From Candidatus Woesearchaeota archaeon (GTDB lineage Archaea; Nanobdellota; Nanobdellia; Woesearchaeales; GW2011-AR9): 50,557 nucleotides of DNA. Location of the stretch: assembly GCA_018303265.1 (NCBI GenBank), contig JAGVYN010000012.1:1-50557 (forward strand), read 5' to 3'. Positions 28,222 through 37,228 of the stretch are shown here, piece by piece. Positions within the stretch are counted from its first letter, which is position 1; every line of letters begins with the position of its first letter. The notes beneath the pieces were generated by a model. That model was not told where the DNA came from and made no database searches. It saw only the letters and a list, made by a program, of their open reading frames with translations. Made by a program: the position numbers and the translations under genes.

Positions 28222-28231
28222 TTTTATAAAA
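28222..28231 (-). promoter_or_regulatory. TATA-box candidate for pelota
   Basis: TTTTATAAAA lies 22 nt upstream of the ATG at 28200 (minus strand). Confidence 0.4.
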
Positions 28232-28276
28232 AGTTTGTTTTGTTCAAGAGAAATGATTAAATACTAGAAGAGAATC

Positions 28277-28285
28277 TTTTAAATA
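28277..28285 (+). promoter_or_regulatory. TATA-box candidate for the surface-protein operon
   Basis: TTTTAAATA ends 24 nt before the ATG at 28309. Confidence 0.4.
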
Positions 28286-28308
28286 CGATCTAATCAGAGG
28301 TATCAAAG

Positions 28309-29502
28309 ATGGAATGTTCAAAAAGAGGACAGGCAGCTGCTGGTGCAGCAGTCTTGATTGCAATCATCGCCGCATTACTCATCATGTTTGTTATTCTTAT
28401 CCCGCCTCAGGAACGGGCAAAGCTTCTGGGTGATGAAGAAGTCACAGCACCAGGAAAAAAAGTGGACACTGCAAAAATAGAAAAAACACTCTTGACGGAA
28501 AAGCCTGGCAGAATAGATTACCTAGCGCAAAAGGAAATTGAGCATCCTTTGCCGGTTGTGAATATTTATACCCGAACGGAGAGCAAAATTCTCGCGGAGA
28601 AAAATATTGCTTCTGCAAAAAAAGGGATTTTTTCTGAAGATGTCAGCGAGTTTCCTTTTGTTATTGCTGATCTCAAGAATACGGAGAATATGCTGCTTAG
28701 TTTTACCGTTAAGAGGGCAACGGGAAAGATGATTATTTCGTTAAATGGAGAAGAAATTTACAATAACATTGTATCTGTGGGGGCGGTGCAGCCTATCACG
28801 TTACCAAAGAATCTGCTGCAGGATCAAAACACTCTTACATTTTCCGTATCCTCTCCCGGCTTTGCTTTCTGGAGAACAAATGATCTTTCCTTAGAAAGTA
28901 TCAAAATAGTTGCTGATGTACAGAATGTTGAGGCGCAGTTCTCAAAAAATGTTTTCATTGTTTCTGAAACAGAACAGAAAAATGTGGAGAAAACGTCTTT
29001 AAAATTCCAGCCGGAATGCATGTATAGCGAAGTGGGAAAATTAACCATAACTATCAATGGGAATGAGATGTATAATGCCGTACCTGATTGTGAAGTAAAG
29101 ATGGTGCCTTTGGAGTTTTCTCCGTTGCTGCTACAGCTGGGTGAGAACGAACTGGTGTTCTCCACGGAAAAGGGAACCTATGTGTTATCGAGTGTTGTCG
29201 TAGAATCTGCCTTGCGGGAAGTAGATTTTCCTACGTATTATTTTGACCTTTCATTTGAACAGCATCAAGATATCAAGGATGGGAAATTCCGCGTTCGTGT
29301 AACGATGGACTTTGTGGATGTTGTTACGGCGAAAACGGGCGAAATTGTCTTTAACGGAAAAGTGAAGCATTTTGATACCAAGGAAGTTTCTTTTACAATT
29401 GATGTAAGTGATGATATTGTTCAGGGAAATAACGCTTTAAAAATCAAACCAAAGAAGACCATTGAAATTCGCGAGTTGCGTGTGGAATTGGTTAAAAAAT
29501 GA
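28309..29502 (+). CDS. secreted/surface protein with class III (type IV pilin-like) signal-peptide-like N-terminus
   Basis: In MECSKRGQAAAGAAVLIAIIAALLIMFVILIPP, basic residues and Gly are followed by Gln and a long hydrophobic helix. The remaining 360 aa or so match no family I recognise. Confidence 0.45.
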   Translation: MECSKRGQAAAGAAVLIAIIAALLIMFVILIPPQERAKLLGDEEVTAPGKKVDTAKIEKTLLTEKPGRIDYLAQKEIEHPLPVVNIYTRTESKILAEKNIASAKKGIFSEDVSEFPFVIADLKNTENMLLSFTVKRATGKMIISLNGEEIYNNIVSVGAVQPITLPKNLLQDQNTLTFSVSSPGFAFWRTNDLSLESIKIVADVQNVEAQFSKNVFIVSETEQKNVEKTSLKFQPECMYSEVGKLTITINGNEMYNAVPDCEVKMVPLEFSPLLLQLGENELVFSTEKGTYVLSSVVVESALREVDFPTYYFDLSFEQHQDIKDGKFRVRVTMDFVDVVTAKTGEIVFNGKVKHFDTKEVSFTIDVSDDIVQGNNALKIKPKKTIEIRELRVELVKK

Positions 29503-30089
29503 AATCTAAAAAATCAATTATGGACCCATTTATGGGTGTTGAAATTAGGAACGTTAAAGAATCAGATATGGCTCAAATCCTGCGTGATGCAGAAATAAGA
29601 AGACAGCAAGAAATTGCTGATTGGGAATCGCGTTCAAAACCACTTTATGAGCTTGTATTTTCTGAGTATTTCACTGTTGGTGATATCATTGCCAAATCGT
29701 ATGCTACATCTTTTACGCCTCATTCGGAAATGCGATGTGGTGGAGAATCTTCAAATTATAGAGGTGGTTTCATTTCAAGACTTGTTTTGAAAGTTGTTCC
29801 AGACAATAATGATGTTCCTGTGAGAAAGCTTACCTTTGACGGTGTTTCTATCGTACGAGCAGGGGATTATATCTCTGCCCAGATTCCACGATTCGAAGAG
29901 AAAAAAGTAGAGAGTGGCTTCATTTGTGGCCATGAACATTATAACAGCTTGTACTTGGGCAGGGATTTTAAACCAGAAGAATCGGCAATTGAATTAGCTC
30001 TCTTTTCTGCAGATGGGAAGGTATCTGCTGATGGAAAAGTATTACGAAGAGACCGATCGATTGATTACGATCGTTTTATGAAAAAATAA
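29499..30089 (+). CDS. hypothetical protein (196 aa)
   Basis: ATGA overlap with the upstream gene. No signal peptide or motif recognised. Contains a tandem SADGKV-SADGKV. Confidence 0.45.
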   Translation: MKSKKSIMDPFMGVEIRNVKESDMAQILRDAEIRRQQEIADWESRSKPLYELVFSEYFTVGDIIAKSYATSFTPHSEMRCGGESSNYRGGFISRLVLKVVPDNNDVPVRKLTFDGVSIVRAGDYISAQIPRFEEKKVESGFICGHEHYNSLYLGRDFKPEESAIELALFSADGKVSADGKVLRRDRSIDYDRFMKK

Positions 30090-30220
30090 ACTGTTTCTAA
30101 GGACTTTAACAGCACTTCCGCAAATCCAACGCACTATTATTTTTTAGGGTGTTTTATTTTTAAATGGGGGTAAGTTTTTTATAGGCCACGAAATTAGTAC
30201 TAGTAAAAAAGAGTTGAACG

Positions 30221-32035
30221 ATGGTAGCTTCTCCGGAACGTGTAACGCTTGAAAAAGAACCAGTTAAAAGAGAACAGGCTACTGAAAAATATTTCCCTCC
30301 TTTTAGCAAGGCTGGCGGAGCGGTAAAAGGAGCAGTTGTGGGAGCAGCAGCAACGGCCGGTTCAAGCGCGGTCGATGCCGTCAAAGATCCTGGGTTCATT
30401 TTATTTATTGTTGGGCTGTTAACTTTTATCTTTAATGAATACCTGAATAATACGGCGATCGCCGTTCTTATAGGAACAGTCTTCATGTTCTTTTCTGCTT
30501 TTTTCATCTTCAAAGGAAAAGGAATGGCCGTCACCGTAATCTTTTGGGTATGGTATGTTTTTTTTGGCGGAGTTACAGACATTGAAGGGATAAAGTATGT
30601 TATTATCCCCATAGTGCTTGTGGGAATGGTGGTTCATGGACTTACAAAGTCTATTTCCAAGCAAGGAACGTTTGGCGAAGGGGCCATGGGAGAATTATTG
30701 TATGGAGCTATTCCCATCATGGTGTTCTTTTTAGATCTCGGTTTATTAAACTGGCTGGCGCAAGAGTTTAATGTAACGTTGAGTACATCATCACAAAACA
30801 TCCTCTTATTTACTCCATGGTGGGCGTTGTTGGGGTTGTTCACAACTCAACGCGAGAATACGTTCATCACCATCGCTCGAATGGTGGGGGTGGTGTACAT
30901 CTTTTCAATCGTCCTTCTAGGAGTGGTCCCGGAAGCGTATGGAACTTATAAGTCAGCAATTCCAACTCCGGAAGAATTTCTGGCGGCAAAACAAGAAATC
31001 AGCGAACAGCTTCCGGCAAGGGAAAATCCCCTCATTTCTCAAATAGCTTGTATTGGCGACGCGGATTATGAGAGCTGCATTCAGCAACGGCAGGAAGAAT
31101 CCGAATTGCGTTCCCTCTGCAAGAAAAATGAAGAAGTACAAAAAGGAGTTCTTACCTTTGACGATTGCCTTACAGAAGAAAAGAAGAAAAAAGAAGAAGC
31201 GAAATACTTGGTAGGGGGGGTCATTGATCCTACGATCAAGCTGCCCACGAAATTTAAACTAGAAATTGATCGGGAATTTTTTCCATTTAAAACTTATCTG
31301 GAATTCAGCTCTCCGGAGTATCCGATTACCCTCAAGTATGAAAACACACGAGCGCCGGTGAAGGTTGATCTTTCCTGCGCTTTTGTAAAAGGTTCAGAGG
31401 AACTGCCGGGAAAAATAACCAGCGGAGAAAATATAACTTTGCCTGTTGGCAGCGGCACGGAAGGCATCACCTGTGTGCCGGAAGGAACCTTGAAAGGGAA
31501 ATATGAACTGCGTGTCACTGCTTTCTTTAAAGATCTGGAAACAGCGACGCATCTTACGCGTTTCTTCGTCGGCGAGAAGGATTCTCAGGAAGTGGTAGAA
31601 ATTCAAAAAGCTATTGAGAAGACGGAAAGCCGTGATCTTGCGTATTTCAGCACGTCGCAATTTCCCGCCGATCTGGCCAGGTTCAATTTTGGGTTTGGAA
31701 GCCCGCCCAAGAATCCTCTTATCGTGGGAGGGAAACCCGTGCAGTTAGGGATGTCCATTTTGAACAGCGGGGAAGGAAAACTGTGGGAAATAAAGTCTTA
31801 TGGAGTAATTTTGGAAGGTTTCAATGCTCCCTGTTTAAGCAAGAGCAATATCAAAATTCCGTCAGACGAACAAAGTAATAAACAAATAATTATTCCCGGC
31901 TGTCAAATCATGGATTACCCAGGAGAATTAAAGAATCCAGAGGAATATCTGAAAAGAACCTTTGAAGCGCGGATGGTATATGATTACCAGCTTGAAAACA
32001 AATTTGCGGTTGAAATTGTAGGGAAAACAGGATGA
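30221..32035 (+). CDS. polytopic membrane protein with large C-terminal extracytoplasmic domain
   Basis: Residues 60-250 or so hold about 7 hydrophobic segments. A soluble region of about 350 aa follows, with paired Cys residues. No family recognised. Confidence 0.5.
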   Translation: MVASPERVTLEKEPVKREQATEKYFPPFSKAGGAVKGAVVGAAATAGSSAVDAVKDPGFILFIVGLLTFIFNEYLNNTAIAVLIGTVFMFFSAFFIFKGKGMAVTVIFWVWYVFFGGVTDIEGIKYVIIPIVLVGMVVHGLTKSISKQGTFGEGAMGELLYGAIPIMVFFLDLGLLNWLAQEFNVTLSTSSQNILLFTPWWALLGLFTTQRENTFITIARMVGVVYIFSIVLLGVVPEAYGTYKSAIPTPEEFLAAKQEISEQLPARENPLISQIACIGDADYESCIQQRQEESELRSLCKKNEEVQKGVLTFDDCLTEEKKKKEEAKYLVGGVIDPTIKLPTKFKLEIDREFFPFKTYLEFSSPEYPITLKYENTRAPVKVDLSCAFVKGSEELPGKITSGENITLPVGSGTEGITCVPEGTLKGKYELRVTAFFKDLETATHLTRFFVGEKDSQEVVEIQKAIEKTESRDLAYFSTSQFPADLARFNFGFGSPPKNPLIVGGKPVQLGMSILNSGEGKLWEIKSYGVILEGFNAPCLSKSNIKIPSDEQSNKQIIIPGCQIMDYPGELKNPEEYLKRTFEARMVYDYQLENKFAVEIVGKTG

Positions 32036-32916
32036 TAGAGAAAAGCCAAAAGAAAAGAGTTCAGAAAAAAATCTTCTGCCTAGTCCTATTAGCTATGGCA
32101 AGCTTCGTTCTTGCCGGCTGCGGCGCCGGCGGGCCGCAGGATATTTCCTATAATTTTAAGCAAGGAATTAAAGAGGTTACATTTAGTTTTTTGGAGAATG
32201 CTCCCCCCAAACAAGTGTATCCCAGCTCTAATTTTAAAATGATTGCCGCTGTTGATAACCAGGCAGCATACGATGTTACTAATGGCGTTGTCAAAATTGT
32301 CGGATTGGATGCACGATATTTTTATGTAACCCCGGAGGAACAAGAATTCGGTCCCCTGCTCGGTAAGAGTATCCTCAGCCCTGCCGGCGATAAGGTGTTC
32401 CTGGAATTTGACGGTTTTTCTCAGGCACTGTTTGAAAATGCTGAAGAGTACGTCGGCAACTTTCTGTTAAAAGCAACCTATCACTCGACAATGGACTTTG
32501 CGGACACGGTGTGCATCAATCCTACCCTCTATGATGTTTATTCAGCAGGCTGCAAAGTTCAAGCGTCAAAAGCTTATTCCGGGCAAGGCGCTCCTGTAGC
32601 GGTAACCAAGCTGGAAGAAGTGGTTTCCCCTGACGCAGCCGTTGAATTTAGGATTTTCCTGCGCAACAGCGGCCGGGGGAAGGTAAGCACTCTTACGTTA
32701 AACAATGCCCGGCTCGGTGGGAAGGAATTGGAGTGCGAGTTTCAAAGGGCTGTGGAGAATAAGAAGAGTCTTATACTAAATCAAAAGATGCAGGAAGCAG
32801 CATTGATCTGCAAAACGCTGCTGGACAGCCAGAATTCGTATGAAACAACGTTATCTTTAGGGTTTAGTTATAAGTATGAAGTTGAACAGCGCCATAGTCT
32901 TCGTTTGGTTAAATAA
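32032..32916 (+). CDS. putative lipoprotein
   Basis: ATGA overlap with the upstream gene. The signal peptide carries the lipobox LAGC (VLLAMASFVLAGCGAGG). Confidence 0.5.
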   Translation: MIEKSQKKRVQKKIFCLVLLAMASFVLAGCGAGGPQDISYNFKQGIKEVTFSFLENAPPKQVYPSSNFKMIAAVDNQAAYDVTNGVVKIVGLDARYFYVTPEEQEFGPLLGKSILSPAGDKVFLEFDGFSQALFENAEEYVGNFLLKATYHSTMDFADTVCINPTLYDVYSAGCKVQASKAYSGQGAPVAVTKLEEVVSPDAAVEFRIFLRNSGRGKVSTLTLNNARLGGKELECEFQRAVENKKSLILNQKMQEAALICKTLLDSQNSYETTLSLGFSYKYEVEQRHSLRLVK

Positions 32917-32984
32917 CAAATTAAATAATATAATAAATTAAATATAGATAAGTAATAAATAATAAAATATAACAAAGAGGAAAC

Positions 32985-33624
32985 ATGAGGAGAAAGGGCA
33001 TCTTATTCATTCTGCTGCTTTTTGTACTCTTGAGTTGTCATTTTGTTATTGCAGATGGTTCTGCACTTCTTTTCTCACCGCTTACTCCAATGGTGATAAA
33101 ATCTCAATCAAATATTCTTGTACAAACAATATTTCCTTCAGCGTGGTACCTAGGTGATAAAATCTCAATCAAATATTCTTGTACAAACAATATTTCCTTC
33201 AGCGTGGTACCTACGCGGACAAGAAATGATGGTATCAGAAATTATAGGGGGTGGTAGTTTTCAATTGCGAGTGGAAACAGGAGAAACAATAAATCCTCCC
33301 TCTCAAAAAAAAGATCTTTTCCAATCTGAAGAAGAGGAAGAGAGGCCACCGGTTGAGATTCTCATCACCAAAAAAGGTTTTGTGCCAAAGAATGTAACCG
33401 TCATGGTAAATCAAACGGTCATTTGGAAAAATACCCAAGAAAAATTGGATACGTTAGTGTTAGGCACCCGTGAGATTTATGATATGAAGAGCGGTTATCT
33501 TAAACCTGGCGATACTTTTTCCTGGAGTTTTCCTCAGGCAGGGAAATTTTTTTATGTTGATGGCGTGGTTATTGGACGGGCAGGAACGATAGAAGTGAAA
33601 AAAGACTATAAAAGACGATCTTAA
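32985..33624 (+). pseudogene. secreted cupredoxin-like protein disrupted by a 61-bp tandem duplication (frameshift)
   Basis: Track ORFs 32985..33257 and 33154..33624 share the peptide IKSQSNILVQTIFPSAWYL. Removing one 61-bp copy fuses them in frame into a 192-aa protein with a signal peptide and a beta-sandwich-like C-terminus (VEILITKKGFVPKNVTVMVNQTVIWKN...FSWSFPQAGKFFYVDG...GTIEV). No Cys/His/Met copper ligands are evident. Confidence 0.6.
33092..33213. repeat. perfect 61-bp direct tandem duplication (2 copies)
   Basis: GGTGATAAAATCTCAATCAAATATTCTTGTACAAACAATATTTCCTTCAGCGTGGTACCTA occurs at 33092-33152 and again at 33153-33213. The copies are identical base for base. Confidence 0.95.
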
Positions 33625-33657
33625 GTGAAGATGCCTTTCTTTGCAAGTTTCGCAAGT

Positions 33658-33666
33658 AATTTATAT
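33658..33666 (+). promoter_or_regulatory. TATA-box candidate for gpsA
   Basis: AATTTATAT ends 24 nt before the ATG at 33690. Confidence 0.35.
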
Positions 33667-33689
33667 CAGTTATTTCATTACGAGAAATT

Positions 33690-34634
33690 ATGAACATCAC
33701 CATCCTTGGCGGGGGAAGCTGGGGCAGTGCGCTGGCTATTCATCTCGCAAAAAAGAAACATTCTGTTAAAATATGGGAATTTTTTCCAGAACAAGCACAG
33801 CATATGCAGGAAAAAAGGGAATGCCCGCTTCTGCCTGGTGTCAAGCTTTCTGATAAGATTTTTGTTTCTTCGGACATGAAAACCACGTTAACAAATGCTG
33901 ATGTAATCTTCATTGTTGTTCCTTCCGATAAAGTAGAAGCGGCGATAGAAAAGGCAGCTCCATTCCTGAAAAAAGAACCAATCATACTTTGTTCAAAGGG
34001 ATTTGCTTCAAAGATGCGCTTATTAAGCGACGTCGTTAAGGAACACAGTTCCGGCCCGGTGTATTGCTTGTATGGCCCGACTCATGCGGAAGAAGTTTCG
34101 CGGGGAGTTTTCAGCGGCCTCGTGCTAGCCGGCGGGGAGGGAAAAGAGAAATTAAAGAAGGCCATTGAAAGTTCACTGCTTCGTGTTGATCTAAGCGACG
34201 ATATTGTTGGCGTTCAGGTTGCCGCGGGATTGAAGAATGTTTTAGCGATTTTTATTGGAATTTTGAGCGGTGCAGGTTTCGGGGACAATACTTCTGCGTA
34301 TGTCCTTACGCGAGGCTTGCAGGAAATAAAGACCGTGGGAGTTAAATGGGGGGGGAAAACTGACACTTTTTACGGACTGGCAGGTATTGGAGATATCATT
34401 GTCACCTGTGAAAGCAAGCATTCACGCAACAGACATATCGGGGAACAGGTTGGAAAAGGCCGGAAGCTTGCAGACGTCCTTGCGGAGATGAAGATGGTTG
34501 CGGAAGGCGTCACCACCGTAAAGATGGTTCCGTCATTGCAAGAGAAATTTCATCTGCCATTACCGGTGATGATGTCTGTGTATGCTATCATGTTTGAAGG
34601 GTTGTCTGTACAGAAGGCGCTGGAAAGGATTTAA
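33690..34634 (+). CDS. gpsA: NAD(P)H-dependent sn-glycerol-3-phosphate dehydrogenase (bacterial GpsA type)
   Basis: ITILGGGSWGSALAIHLA (Rossmann), GPTHAEEV, DIVGVQVAAGLKNVLAIFIGI and GLAGIGDIIVTCESKHSRNRHIGEQVGKG align motif for motif with E. coli GpsA. Confidence 0.85.
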   Translation: MNITILGGGSWGSALAIHLAKKKHSVKIWEFFPEQAQHMQEKRECPLLPGVKLSDKIFVSSDMKTTLTNADVIFIVVPSDKVEAAIEKAAPFLKKEPIILCSKGFASKMRLLSDVVKEHSSGPVYCLYGPTHAEEVSRGVFSGLVLAGGEGKEKLKKAIESSLLRVDLSDDIVGVQVAAGLKNVLAIFIGILSGAGFGDNTSAYVLTRGLQEIKTVGVKWGGKTDTFYGLAGIGDIIVTCESKHSRNRHIGEQVGKGRKLADVLAEMKMVAEGVTTVKMVPSLQEKFHLPLPVMMSVYAIMFEGLSVQKALERI

Positions 34635-34671
34635 TGTGCGGAAAGATGTATGATAATTATGAGAAGCACTT

Positions 34672-34908
34672 CTATTTCGACTTCGCGATAGCTTCTTCTA
34701 TTTTCTGTTCATGAAAGCCAACGATGATCTTGCCGTCAATATCGATGACAGGAACAGCCAGCTGTCCTGATTTGGCAAGCATTTCATCACTATACTCATC
34801 TTCTTCAGTTACATCCAGCTCCTGAAAGGCATACTTTTTTTTCTTAAGCCATTCTTTCAGTTTCACGCACCATGAACACGTTGGCGTGGTATAAATCTTA
34901 ATTTCCAT
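34672..34908 (-). CDS. glutaredoxin-like (NrdH/YruB-type) small redox protein
   Basis: MEIKIYTTPTCSWCVKLKEWLKKKKYAFQELDV has a CxxC motif in a thioredoxin-fold context, and VPVIDIDGKIIVGF follows. I take the ATG at 34908, which has GAGG 8 nt upstream, over the GTG at 34920. Confidence 0.75.
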   Translation of the reverse strand: MEIKIYTTPTCSWCVKLKEWLKKKKYAFQELDVTEEDEYSDEMLAKSGQLAVPVIDIDGKIIVGFHEQKIEEAIAKSK

Positions 34909-34957
34909 GATATGCCTCACAATTATTATTTTTTAAATACCCCGTCGCTTGGGTTTT

Positions 34958-35701
34958 TTATTTTATTCTATTTTTCGTTACGGATAAATCATCGTGGTTA
35001 ATTGTCACAATCTCTCCTTGCTCAATCGGTTCCCAGAGAGCGCCGGGAACTGTCGGCAGCACTTCCGAACTAATGATCACTTGGTCCGTTGTTCTTCCGA
35101 TCTGCATCTGGTAATATTGGGGGAAAAGATTTTTCCTCACGGCAACAAAAGAACGATGCGGCGTGGAGAGGATAACATTTGTTCCTCGTAATTTGTGATA
35201 CCTTTTGAAATTTGTCTGAATTGCCTGTACAGCGTCATCTCTCTTCAAATCGGTAAGAATAGAGTAGAATAACTTTTCTGAATCTGTCTTTCCTTGCGGT
35301 GTGAACTTGGACGAATATTTAATTTCATCTTCAATAAATCCGTTATGGCAGAACACACAGCTCCCTACCCCTTCTTTTTCTGCAATAAATGGATGTGTGT
35401 TCGGGAGGGAAGTCTTGCTGCCAATTTTTTTCCGTGCATGAAGAATGGCTATGTTCGTTTTAATGTTTCGGAAGGAGTCTACTTTTGGATCTTCATAGAT
35501 AGCCATGGTTGATTTTTCAATAACCCATTTATCAGCAGAGTTTCGATAGGCAATGCCCCAGCCATCAGCATGCGACCAACTTCCTTTCCCTTTTTCTTTA
35601 TTTAATTCGTGACGGCTGTTTTGATCACTTGCCATAAGTATAATTCCATCTAGTAATTTATTGATATTTACATTTCCTACAGCGATAAGCATTCGACACA
35701 T
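34958..35701 (-). CDS. class II (Ntn) glutamine amidotransferase-like amidohydrolase, EgtC/YafJ type (paralog A)
   Basis: Cys2 nucleophile (MCRMLIAVG), DGWGIAY, ILHARKK...NTHPF, CHNGFI, KTDSEKLF and IISSEVL. Confidence 0.75.
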   Translation of the reverse strand: MCRMLIAVGNVNINKLLDGIILMASDQNSRHELNKEKGKGSWSHADGWGIAYRNSADKWVIEKSTMAIYEDPKVDSFRNIKTNIAILHARKKIGSKTSLPNTHPFIAEKEGVGSCVFCHNGFIEDEIKYSSKFTPQGKTDSEKLFYSILTDLKRDDAVQAIQTNFKRYHKLRGTNVILSTPHRSFVAVRKNLFPQYYQMQIGRTTDQVIISSEVLPTVPGALWEPIEQGEIVTINHDDLSVTKNRIK

Positions 35702-35767
35702 GGAAACAACCTTTGCTAGGTAATATTTAATAGTTGCGTCTTTCTTTAAATAATATCTCTTTAGAAA

Positions 35768-36982
35768 CTAGGCAGCATGGCGAAGCCGTTCCACTGCCTC
35801 TTGTTGTTTATATCTGATAAAGCGATTTGCTGTTTTCAACGCTTCTGGCTTATAGCGGCCTTCTTCTTTGGCAGAGCAACCCTGCATCTGCAAATGCGCG
35901 GTAAGCTGCGTGGAAGTATTCTCTCCCGAATCGATCATAGCCTCCAATGGTTTTAAGTAGTGTGCATCTTGGCGGTCAAGTTGGCAGCCGGCAAATTCTA
36001 CAATCTGGCCTAAATAATCTCGTATCCTTTCGTCTTCAAGACCGGACTTTATTTGTAGTTCTGATAAAGACTGCAGTGTCTTCCAATTAGGGAGCACTAC
36101 AATTCGACCATGAAAGAGATAATCATCATCTTTTCGTGCAATTGTTACAGGGATGTTCTGATCTAGTATCCTGTCATTAAATCCTTGGATCAATGCTGCT
36201 ATGCCCATGAGTATATCCGCTGGGGCAGAGTCATACACACGCAATTCAAACGTGCCGCTGCCGATTTCCGGCCGATGGCGGATGTCAGCATAGCCCGTAT
36301 TGTCTAGTTTAAACTTATGAGCGAATTCCGCAGCTTCAAGTCCTGCGTCAACATACGCATTTTTCCAGTTCTCCCAGCGTCGTACATCCCTCGCAACAAG
36401 TTCATCTTTGGATCCGATATATCCCCGCTCTTCAGGGATTTTAGCAAAAACGTCCTTCTGAAGAGCTTTTTGACGCTGGCAGTTGATGCCATTTTTTCCT
36501 TCGTAATTAATTGTTGACGTAGAACTGAAGGCGGCGCTTACTAACGCCAAAGCTGTCAGAGCGTTAAATTGCTCGACAAGTCGCGGTTGATTAGCGTCAA
36601 TGTGGCAATGAATCCCTGCCCATGGAAAGAGTTTCTCCGGTGTTCCCTCGCCAAAGATCGCCCTATAAGCGCTGGCGCGGGATTTTTCGTGAAGATTAAT
36701 TCTTCCCCGTTCTCCTGCGCCATTTTCACTCGCAGGAAGACCAAATACACCGTACTCCGCACATAAGTCAGCAAGAGCATCTTCCTGTCGTAAATACTCA
36801 TCTGTCAAATCTTTAATTCTGCGGTGTGGTTGTGAATTCCATTCAAATTGCGCTTGTGATCCTTCATCAACATATTTAGCTTCTTTGTAGGGATGTTTTA
36901 CAAGAAGAACGCCTTCGTTGGTGATTGATCCGTCTGGCTTGCACGTCAAACGTTCGTATTCAACACCTATTTTAGATCCCAT
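35768..36982 (-). CDS. carboxylate-amine ligase, glutamate-cysteine ligase family 2 (YbdK/EgtA-like) (ligase A)
   Basis: IGVEYERL, QAQFEWNSQP, AGIHCHID and YADIRHRPEIGSGTFELRVYDS match the ordered GCS2 motifs. I take the ATG at 36982 (GAGGGG 5 nt upstream). The track ORF extends to 37027. Confidence 0.7.
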   Translation of the reverse strand: MGSKIGVEYERLTCKPDGSITNEGVLLVKHPYKEAKYVDEGSQAQFEWNSQPHRRIKDLTDEYLRQEDALADLCAEYGVFGLPASENGAGERGRINLHEKSRASAYRAIFGEGTPEKLFPWAGIHCHIDANQPRLVEQFNALTALALVSAAFSSTSTINYEGKNGINCQRQKALQKDVFAKIPEERGYIGSKDELVARDVRRWENWKNAYVDAGLEAAEFAHKFKLDNTGYADIRHRPEIGSGTFELRVYDSAPADILMGIAALIQGFNDRILDQNIPVTIARKDDDYLFHGRIVVLPNWKTLQSLSELQIKSGLEDERIRDYLGQIVEFAGCQLDRQDAHYLKPLEAMIDSGENTSTQLTAHLQMQGCSAKEEGRYKPEALKTANRFIRYKQQEAVERLRHAA

Positions 36983-37228
36983 CTTTCCCCTCTTTTTTTT
37001 CGTGGATAAAATAATAATTCTCCACATTTGGATACTAGGTGGGATTCAAGCAAGATATATAAATGTTTTCTTTTTTATCGCTTTTTATCAGGAAAATATA
37101 CTCTAATGGTTTAAAATAACCTAAAAATAGCACATAGCATAGCTTTTTCTGAGATTTTTTCACAGTAAATTTCAAAAATAAGTAAAAAATTAGCTTTTAA
37201 TAAAAAAATAAACTAAAAATGTGGCCAT

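Noticed and set aside
22112-28267. Plus-strand ORFs overlapping pheT, the Yip1-like gene, pheS, trmB and pelota (22112..22480, 23937..24197, 24949..25760, 26341..26818, 27033..27798, 27962..28267).
   Set aside because: They are antisense to genes with clear family motifs. Their composition is typical of shadow ORFs.
30006-30041. Imperfect 18-bp tandem repeat encoding SADGKV-SADGKV in the 196-aa protein.
   Set aside because: It is in frame, short and imperfect. This is ordinary slippage with no evident functional implication.
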